The notes beneath the pieces were generated by a model. It searched no databases and was not told where the DNA came from. It worked only from the letters and a program-made list of their open reading frames with translations. Shown here piece after piece: positions 1-8,358 of a stretch of 20,000 nucleotides of DNA. The position numbers and the translations under genes are program-made. Each line of letters opens with the position of its first letter. The first letter of the stretch is position 1. The stretch is from Craspedostauros australis (taxonomy: Eukaryota), in NCBI GenBank assembly GCA_030167865.1, contig JALAGF010005407.1, positions 45,962-65,961 on the forward strand. The letters run 5' to 3'.

Positions 1-2
1 AC

Positions 3-894
3 TGGGAGGCCAGCATCTTTTACTCCTGGATGATGCAGATCTTCCTCAGCGAACGGCTGGGCGTTCCGGTCACGGTGGGCCTCGACGGTGATGTCAAGAA
101 CTCGTTCTACTCGCCGGCCAACACCTTGGAGTACTCTAGCGAAACGTACTCCTTCCCAGCCATGGAGGTTGCGAATCAAATCCACGATTGCCGTCTCCTA
201 TCGAAAGGCACCGCCAACAGCGACCCCGTCATACGAGACCTCATCCAGAAGACATCCGGTCCTGACCACTGCCTCCATGTCATGCCAGAGGTGTGGGGAG
301 GCGTGGCGAAGCAAGTGCAGCTCGCGGTGCGGCAGGGAATCATCGATCCGGTCGAAGGCAATGGGCAGGTTGGCAAGGTCAGCTGGTACATCCCGACGCA
401 CACGGCCGAAACCTACCCAGACTTCACCTCCTACCATGGGCTGACGGAAGGTCCGCTCGGATTCGCGGAGGCCGTCCAGGGCACCGACTCCAAAAGGCAG
501 GAGCTGGCCTCCATCTTCAAACGCCCCACGACGTGGAAGGACTACTGCGCCGACGTATCGCCCAGCAATTGCGCGGAGCCTGACCTCGTGGCGCAACGTG
601 CCCCCGACGAAGACGAAGGCGGGCGGTACTTCCTGGAATCCGCCTTCACGGGACACTTCCGAGCAACCGACGACAACAACTGCACCCTCTCCGACAAATG
701 CACGGGTCACATCGCAGCTCCGCCATGCTCCTGGACATCCTTCATCGATGCCCAGCTGTACTGGAACAACGTCCCGCTTTCCTCCAACGGCGAGGAGCCA
801 AATGGCTCCTACACCTACGGTCAGATGGTCGATATCTGGAAGGCGGCCAACGCCACCAAATCGCATGTCATGATGTGGTGGTGGACACCGGAGG
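3..894 (+). CDS. Class C (GABA-B-like) GPCR, first visible exon: Cys-containing extracellular domain; gene probably starts upstream of the window
   Basis: Frame is open from position 3 (WEASIFYSWMMQIFLSE...) to ...MWWWTPE-G, followed by a canonical G|GTAAGT donor at 895. After the donor the sequence turns AT-richer and repetitive. Confidence 0.85.
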
Positions 895-1202
895 GTAAGT
901 CCATCGCGTCTTCGCGCGCGTGCTTGTTTGTTGCTTACTTGGCATCATGCGTTGCAATGCAATGCAATGCAATGCAATGCAACAGCACTAATACACATGC
1001 TGATCTGATCGCTTCGCGGAAGCCCCGTTGTTGTACTGTCGTGTTCAACTGTAAAAATGCCGCACAAGTTCTTCCTCGTTCTTGCTCACATCCACCACTC
1101 CTGCCAACCAATGCTGATATCCCAACAATCTGTTCTGCCCGAATGTTTCAAACCCCCAACTATACCTGTCACCGAATTTTGACAAACCACAACCACCTAC
1201 AG
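895..1202 (+). other. Spliceosomal intron (308 bp, phase 1)
   Basis: GTAAGT at 895 and CTACAG acceptor ending at 1202. Splicing joins G+CT (Ala) and gives WWWTPE-ALVETFRGTGFGFQQILLPDATATCK, in frame with the 1250..2806 ORF. Confidence 0.85.
953..982. repeat. (TGCAA)6 pentanucleotide microsatellite inside the intron
   Basis: tgcaatgcaatgcaatgcaatgcaatgcaa read directly. Confidence 0.95.
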
Positions 1203-2806
1203 CTCTGGTCGAGACCTTCCGTGGCACCGGCTTTGGATTTCAGCAGATCTTGCTCCCCGACGCAACAGCAACGTGCAAACGAGCTCGCGTGACGCCTGGT
1301 GAACGCTGCTCGTCAGACGAAGTGGAACGTCGCGGGACCATCGAGGGGTCTTGCGATTCCGAGGCACACGCATTGCAAAAGGCCATCGCCACAACGTTGG
1401 GCATCCGCACGCTGGCGACGCCCGTGGCAGACAGGTCGCCGGCCTACGAGTTCTTGCGCAGCTTCAGGATTGACAATCTGGACATGAACGAGATTTTGCA
1501 CAACTGGATCGTCTTGCAGCAAGACCAGTACGGGCACGATGCTCGCCAGGCAGTCTGCGACTGGATTGTGGATAATCTGGAGACTCTGGACGACTTCATC
1601 CCGCTGGGATACCCTCGCGAATTGTCGCTGGAATCCACGTATGACCAAGGATACCTCGTCGCCGCACAAGTGATTGGCGGCGTTGCTGCTGCCTGCGTCG
1701 TTGCCATGGGCACGTTTATCTTCTACCGCCGACACACGCGGGTGATGGTGTTCGCGCAGGTCAACTTCATCCTGCTGCTGATCGCAGGACTATTCCTGGT
1801 GACAATCGCGGCCATCGTGTACGTCGTGGAACCGTCATCGTCCATCTGCATCGGTAGAGAATGGTTGGTCGCAGTCGGATACACGCTCGCGCTTGTCCCC
1901 CTGGTCGTCAAGTTCGCCGCGCTCAACCAGGTCGTCCAGTCCGCGCGGAAGATGAAACGAGTCAGGATTTCGGCGAAGGCCATGTTCTGCAGAGTCGCTG
2001 TGTTGGTAACGATCGTCATGATCTACCTCACGGTGTGGACCATCATGGATACACCGAGAAAGGTCGAGGAGCGCGAGCTTGTGGAGGAGGGCGGCGCGCA
2101 AGTTGTGTCCTCCCTGAAATGTGGATCCAACTCGTGGTTGTGGGAAGGACTCGCCTTGGGATGGCAAGGCTTCCTACTCCTCATGGCGACAGTGCTGGCG
2201 GTGCAAACGCGCAGCGTGCAGCAAGAATTCAACGAGTCGCGGTCGCTGGGAACCTTGGTGTACTCCCACTTCATGTTCATGGTCCTGCGGATCATGGTGA
2301 ACTTGCTGGAAAATCAGGGCACCATCGAGCCGAACGTAAGCTCCGCCACGATATCCTTCCTCCTGAGTTTCGACGTACTCTTTGCCATGTGCATCTACCT
2401 GGCTCCGAAGGTCATGGAAGCGCACAAGAAGCCAGAACCGTACCGACGGAAAGGGTCTTCATCCACGCCTCAAACGAACGCCAACAATGGAAACACACAC
2501 GGCTCTCGCCATTTCCGCCCATCAGGCGGGGAACGCCTCCGCGGCACTCTGCAAACATCGACCCACAAGAAGAAAGCTAAGTTTTCCAGTTGCTCGAGCA
2601 CGCCAGGGCGACAGCAGGAATCACCGAACAAGGCGCAGACGTTCGAACCCTTCCACCAGAGCAAGCATAGCGGAGAAGATTCTGCATCCGATCCCAGCAC
2701 AGAGGACCGCTTCGGGTCATCACTGGATGACGTAGTGGTCGGCGCGACAACGTCAACCGCCAAAATCGACGCCACAGCCTACAACATCCCACCGCCGACG
2801 GTGTAA
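1203..2806 (+). CDS. Class C (GABA-B-like) GPCR, last exon: end of ectodomain, 7TM domain, disordered C-tail (visible spliced product >=831 aa)
   Basis: Seven hydrophobic segments with class C-type hallmarks: RRHTRVMVFAQVNF after TM1, CIGREWLVAVGYTL...LVVK in TM3, WTIMDTP, Cys in ECL2, FNESRSLG before TM6, YLAPK at the end of TM7. Confidence 0.85.
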
Positions 2807-3198
2807 TGGGTATCGTGCGAGTACCATGCTACTCGTGCGATCGTACCAAACATCGATCGACCATTCCAGGATGCTGGTGTCACGAATAGACACAATGCCG
2901 GCCGGAACAGCCCCCTGGAACGCATGAACCATGTACAATGCGCAACAGCATGTCAGAACGCGCTTGCGTCACGTTTCTACGACTCGTACGAGTCCAAACA
3001 GTACAGAGCAAAGAGTAATCGTAAAGAACCATTGCATATCATCATTGTATCCGTGCCATGTGTCTATATATGCTACCGCACCCCTGCGCCATACTCGTAT
3101 TCGTATCCGTGCTCGTGCTCTATTCGAGAATCCAGAGCATTGCCAGCGTTCACCTAGGCGCTGGGGATCTCAAATTCTGCTTTTAATACTCTCTGGTA

Positions 3199-6100
3199 CT
3201 ACCAAGAATAGATCGAAGCATCATACCCACGGCGATGTTCCGAAGTGTCGTGACGAGAAGCGGGTTGTGCTGCGTCAGGAGTTTGGCCGCAACCATCAGT
3301 AGTATCGCTGGCGATACTGTTTCCTCTCATGCCAATACTACTCGTCGAGGTGCTGCAGTCGTCGCTCTTCTCACTGATTTCGATGCTCGCAGTAGCTTGA
3401 CTGACGAAAGTGACGAGCGTGGGTTGCCGCGGCTGATTTGGGGTAGGCAATCCCGGGCCTCCTATTGGTTCCGGGAAGCTGCATTCTCCTTCTTTCTGAC
3501 TTGGCGCAGCGATGCTTGCGCACGATTGTTCTTGCGATGAATCACGCTGTTTCTTGACGTCCTCGGCTGAAGGCTCTTCATCGAGATCATCCATGAGGAT
3601 CGGGCTGTCATGACCCGTTGCCTCCACACAGATGGTGGGAGTGATCCAGCCACTTTGATCGTTTGGTGCAGGAAGTCCATCGTCCGAATCACCAGTCACC
3701 GCTGGTGGTTTCATGCTCAGACGAATTTCTTCGCTGACCCTGTCTCCATGATCCGCACAAGTTTCGATGTTTTGGTCAGCACCAGCATCGATGTCATCAT
3801 TAGTACCATCATTCTCGCTGGCATCAACGTTGCTTCGTCCTGCATTGCCATTCGCAAAAAACACAGCAGCATCACCGTGTGCATGGCCATCTTCACTTCC
3901 GCAATTCGTGTTGCCCTTATCACCGTCATGAGCGCTGCCGATGTTGGTGCGACTTGAATGCGCACCTCTGCCACTGACGTCGTCGCTGCCGCCACTGCCA
4001 CCGCCACAATCGCTGCTCCTGCTGATTCCACCGACGGATGTGCTCTGGGAGAAATGATCGACCCCCGACGCTTGCGCAAGATAGTCTTCGCGCTCCGAAG
4101 TAGTAGTTACGCCATGCTCCATCGTCGCATCCGCGCAGTCTTCGTTATCGCCCGAGACCAGATCAATCATCTCTGGATCAGCCTTGTGATCTTTCGCCTT
4201 GTCCGAGTCTTGTGAACGCGTCTGTCGCATGACGCCTCTCAGCTGACATCTGCGGTTGCGCTCAAACCATGTTACCGGCGGCGGTTCTTGGACACCAGCG
4301 GAGGCTTCGACAAGAGATGATGCAGCACTGCTGTCATCGTCATCGCCATCATCACCGTCGTGGTCATGTTCATCAATATTATTGCCGCTGCCGTCGTGTT
4401 CGTGCGCGGAGAAGGCATAAGCACAGTAGTATGGTTCCTCCGAGTTGATGTCCCCACCTTCGTCACTGCAGCAGTCGACAGCGTCGCGGTAGGTCTCTGA
4501 ATCCCACGGAGAGTCTACGGCAATAGCTTGCTGCAGTTCCTTTTCATCTGACATTTGTGCATCATGCAACGTTTCCAGTTGGGCTTGAGGCGGTGGCGCA
4601 GCTGTCGATGTCCGACGGACAGCCGTCTTTCGAGCTCTTATCAGCGATCGGGGGTTAATGCTTGAAGCTCTTCGTGCGGAAGGCGCCTTCGATCGACTGC
4701 GCTTTCTCATTCTTTCGCGACCACCTGCGGTTGAGCGACGCCGAGAGGCTCTGGCAGATCCCGGGTTGGCACTTTTCCGCTTTTGGAGACGTTTTGGCCT
4801 GGCCGCCTCTTTGATTTTCAATGCCTCGGTGCCACCGTGAAAGAACCGATACAGGCCCCTCCTATTGACAGCTTTGTTCAAGAGCTCGGTTGGGAGATGG
4901 ATCAATTTCCCATGCTTGGGAAAGTCCAATGCGTGCGCGTAGGCATCAGCCAGCAACCCTCTCTCCTCCTCGTCGAACGCGAAGTGAATCCCCTTGCCAG
5001 TTGCACGGCTGTGGAGCATCCCGATCAGGCTCTGAATGTCCAAAGATTCAGCCATGTCAGCGATCTTCTGTTGGGTTTCATGAAACCAATTGTCCGACTT
5101 CGAGTCCTGCTTTGCGCCCGCACCCTCCATCGTGTTTGCGGTAGGTGCTGCTGCCGTGTCCGCAGCGGATTTCGCCAGCTTGGCTTCCTTGATCAGCACC
5201 TCGTCCCAGCACACCCAGTACCTGTCACCGTCGAGATCGCCGGAGGCGATGAGGGAGGGAAGTGGAGGTTCGCCATCTCGCGGCAAAGCAAAGTATATCT
5301 TCCCAACTGGTTGTGCCTGCAAGAAATTCCAATTCTCTACCGTCATGGTATCTGGTCTCTCCACGAGATGTTCCAAAACGCGTGCATGCTCCACCTTCAA
5401 GAAGGGTGCTCGCGTGACGAAGATCTTGGTGGTTTTGGGCCGGTCATTGCGCTGTCTCCAAATGTTGGCAATCCCCGTGACGTAGATGTGATCGAAAGGG
5501 ATTTGGCCCCCGGTCGAGTCCGAGACGCCAATCAGAGACTGGTCGTGGAGACGTTCTGTTGACCCTATGCGTCTCTTCTCAAAGTAGCGCTTGCATTCAT
5601 CCTCCGGGACCCCGAGCTTTCGCATGAAGGCTTCGTGGGAGAAAGAAGGCTTGTGATGCATCATGAGCTTGTCGATGCAGCTGTCTGGAAGTGTCTCGCC
5701 GTTGATCAGTTTTTGTACTGAGATATTATTTGCCGACGGGATGAAGCCAGTTTTTGTTATCACCATGACTCCAACGTCTTCGCCATAGGCCGTCTTTAGT
5801 GGATTTGGCGAGGGGCCGACCTTCATTTGCGTTGGATCCAGCTGGATGGGAGTGTTGCGGAAGACCGATGACTTGGTGGAGTACCAGTGCCGCCCTGATC
5901 CCTCGCTCGTGACATCGAGCATGCCTTTGAAGATTCCCTTGGAGGGGACGAAGAGCCGAACCTGAATGGCTGTGATGCCGAGCGCAACGGCCTTTGTCAT
6001 CCCCATCTTGAGAAACCAAGTCACTAGGTACTCCTGATCTATGGTGCCAGCACCGTCGTTGCCGTCACCTTCGTTCGCCACGTCGCAATCAGCGGCTGGG

Positions 6101-7425
6101 AAAAACAGGAAGGCTGGGTTGCGCTTTGTGCTACCAAAGAAGTGAGGTTCGGAGCTGAAGAGCTCGAGTCGGTCGATCCTCTTACGAACTGATATGCCCC
6201 TGAAGTCTGCGATTGATTGGAAGAAATGATCGATGTGGCTGCACGGTGGCATATTCGGCCCCCTCGTTTGGACGTAGAAGTAGTCCATGGAGCTCTTTAT
6301 TTCGGTGAAGCCATGTGTGCCTGGGGCGCGTCCTTGCTTCCGCTTGTGCGCGCGCCTTGCGATCAGTTCAAACGTCGATGTCTTCGACTCGTCCATGAGC
6401 TCGATGGGTGCTTTCTCGTGTGCCTCTTTTGCACTGATTGTTTTGGTGATTGTCAACAGCCGTTTCCCAAAGATGAACGAAAGGATGCAGGATGGCACGT
6501 TGACTTGTGCGGATGAGATGGTGATCTTCTTCACCTCGTGCGTGGAATTCATTTGGACGCCAGGTATTGCGAGTGTGTTGTTTGTAGTACTCGGTGCGGA
6601 CTTCGTGGTGGGGCTGGCACGAGAACCATCGAATTGGAATGCTTGGGCCCTGTCGTCGTCGTACAACCATGAGAGTGCCATGTCGTTCTTGGGTGAAACA
6701 TGCGTCTTGGGTCTGGGGCTGCCACGGGCAACGGCCTCCTTGGCTCTTTGGGCTCTCGAGCCTCCAGCTCTCTCGTATGTTTCTCGTGTTCGATCGTTCT
6801 GCGCAGCTGCTGCCTCGCTGCCCCCGCCGTGCCGATGAAGACCATGATTATCGATAAGATCATTGTTGTCGTCCTCGTCCTCGTGACTCCTGGAGGGGTT
6901 GACCAACGGGAGACCATCCGCGGACTCGCACAAGTATTGCGGAGTCGGTTCGGCATCATCGAAAAGGCTTGGGGGAAGTCTGTATCCCAGCAGCTTCCCA
7001 TTTCGACTTCGATGTTCGACCAATGCGAATGGCCCATGTCGACAAAGATCGTCCATGCCCAGCGTGAATGGCTCCACTTCCATACCTGCTTTGCGGGCCG
7101 GGTGCACCAGTGCTGCATAAAGATTGTCTTGCGGGTCCTCCCACACAGGAGAGTAGGTCGCGGTAGTCTCAGCGCCAGTGATGTGACCCGCCCGATCCTT
7201 GCCCGCCAACTCCCACAGCCAGGAGCTGTCATCTGATGGATCCATCTGCACAGCAACTGACCAGTCGTTGCTCTTGAATGTTCGCCTCAGTTGGGCAGTT
7301 GATCCTAATCCACCATTTTCGCCGCCTCCGTTGCTGTGGCAGCTGGAGTCGGGTTCATGGGGATAGACGATGTATGCAGGCAGCTTTGCGAGTCCACGGG
7401 GATCCGGATGTTGGCACAACGGCAT
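3199..7425 (-). CDS. Cellular (eukaryotic RNAi-type) RNA-dependent RNA polymerase, ~1408 aa from the first ATG
   Basis: Ordered RDR motifs: IADF...RLELFSS, NDGAGTI, IQVR...KGML, LIGVSDSTG, VTRAP, IYF...PLPSLIASGDLDGDRYWVCWD (DLDGD at 5224-5238), ALDFPKHG. The ORF-track start at 7566 is GTG; the first ATG is 7425. Confidence 0.9.
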   Translation of the reverse strand: MPLCQHPDPRGLAKLPAYIVYPHEPDSSCHSNGGGENGGLGSTAQLRRTFKSNDWSVAVQMDPSDDSSWLWELAGKDRAGHITGAETTATYSPVWEDPQDNLYAALVHPARKAGMEVEPFTLGMDDLCRHGPFALVEHRSRNGKLLGYRLPPSLFDDAEPTPQYLCESADGLPLVNPSRSHEDEDDNNDLIDNHGLHRHGGGSEAAAAQNDRTRETYERAGGSRAQRAKEAVARGSPRPKTHVSPKNDMALSWLYDDDRAQAFQFDGSRASPTTKSAPSTTNNTLAIPGVQMNSTHEVKKITISSAQVNVPSCILSFIFGKRLLTITKTISAKEAHEKAPIELMDESKTSTFELIARRAHKRKQGRAPGTHGFTEIKSSMDYFYVQTRGPNMPPCSHIDHFFQSIADFRGISVRKRIDRLELFSSEPHFFGSTKRNPAFLFFPAADCDVANEGDGNDGAGTIDQEYLVTWFLKMGMTKAVALGITAIQVRLFVPSKGIFKGMLDVTSEGSGRHWYSTKSSVFRNTPIQLDPTQMKVGPSPNPLKTAYGEDVGVMVITKTGFIPSANNISVQKLINGETLPDSCIDKLMMHHKPSFSHEAFMRKLGVPEDECKRYFEKRRIGSTERLHDQSLIGVSDSTGGQIPFDHIYVTGIANIWRQRNDRPKTTKIFVTRAPFLKVEHARVLEHLVERPDTMTVENWNFLQAQPVGKIYFALPRDGEPPLPSLIASGDLDGDRYWVCWDEVLIKEAKLAKSAADTAAAPTANTMEGAGAKQDSKSDNWFHETQQKIADMAESLDIQSLIGMLHSRATGKGIHFAFDEEERGLLADAYAHALDFPKHGKLIHLPTELLNKAVNRRGLYRFFHGGTEALKIKEAARPKRLQKRKSANPGSARASRRRSTAGGRERMRKRSRSKAPSARRASSINPRSLIRARKTAVRRTSTAAPPPQAQLETLHDAQMSDEKELQQAIAVDSPWDSETYRDAVDCCSDEGGDINSEEPYYCAYAFSAHEHDGSGNNIDEHDHDGDDGDDDDSSAASSLVEASAGVQEPPPVTWFERNRRCQLRGVMRQTRSQDSDKAKDHKADPEMIDLVSGDNEDCADATMEHGVTTTSEREDYLAQASGVDHFSQSTSVGGISRSSDCGGGSGGSDDVSGRGAHSSRTNIGSAHDGDKGNTNCGSEDGHAHGDAAVFFANGNAGRSNVDASENDGTNDDIDAGADQNIETCADHGDRVSEEIRLSMKPPAVTGDSDDGLPAPNDQSGWITPTICVEATGHDSPILMDDLDEEPSAEDVKKQRDSSQEQSCASIAAPSQKEGECSFPEPIGGPGLPTPNQPRQPTLVTFVSQATASIEISEKSDDCSTSTSSIGMRGNSIASDTTDGCGQTPDAAQPASRHDTSEHRRGYDASIYSW

Positions 7426-8074
7426 GATGGATTGTTGCCGCAGCGTCCGCAGTGACGACCGACGACAGTGACGACCGACGACGAGTAGCTCGTATGTGTG
7501 GAGTACAGGGGTCCACCTGATTGCGAAAGGGACGATGGAGGTCCCCAACAAGCGCCCTCCAGCCACTCAACCTGAACCTGAATCTGAACTGGCAGATGCG
7601 GTCGTTGTCGCCGCGAAGGTGTTTGCGCACTGATACCTCGTAAGTCTGTTATTATACCGAGACGGCAAAATCGGCTTGCATCGGCAATGCGTGCTGTTGG
7701 GGAGTGGAGGACAGTAGATATAGTAGTACGACGATGGTACCTGCTGATACTCGTGCCTGTATGCTACGGCGTGTTGAGGGGCGAGACAGCATGCGCAAGT
7801 GTAGTCGTGGGGTTTTGTGGTGCCACCTGATGTGTTCTGCGGGCGTGGACTCGATCCAGAATCTGGGAGATCCTTTTCCTTCTGGGCACACAACAAGAGG
7901 AGGGAGCATCTTCCGCCGTGCCGAAAAAGACACGAAAGAGAGTTCACGCTGTTTCTTGGTCGTGCGGGACTGTGGCTCGAACGGTCTGCACGCCGTCTGC
8001 CTAAGTCCTAGAGAAGTGTGGAGGAGAGAAGATTCTCCGGAGATGCTCCAGAGGCTAAGAACAGGACACTTTCC

Positions 8075-8094
8075 AGAGAGAGAGAGAGAGAGAG
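8075..8094. repeat. (AG)10 microsatellite, intergenic
   Basis: agagagagagagagagagag read directly. Confidence 0.95.
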
Positions 8095-8358
8095 GGGTTC
8101 TTGATGCATGGTATCCCTCTGTCTACCACACAGAAAGCAGAAAGGTTGGGAGAAGATGTTACTAATGTTGGGCTGTTGGCCTGCATGGATGCGTGGTGCT
8201 TGGATTCAATTGCCAAAAACAACCCACATGACCCTCCAAGCCCCTAGGCATGAAGGAGAAATGGGAGCCGGAACCACTCCACGAGTAAACAGGACCACCA
8301 GTTCTATGCTAATACGAGTATATTCAGCATAATGCAATAGATTATTCTGTGCTCCACT

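Noticed and set aside
30..1292. 420-aa ORF as a stand-alone gene
   Set aside because: Its last ~130 codons are intron read-through (including the MQCNAMQCN microsatellite); splicing joins it to the 7TM exon.
3199..7425. RdRP as a viral or endogenous viral polymerase
   Set aside because: It has the DxDGD double-psi-barrel motif set of cellular RDRs, not the GDD palm motifs, and there are no viral genes nearby.
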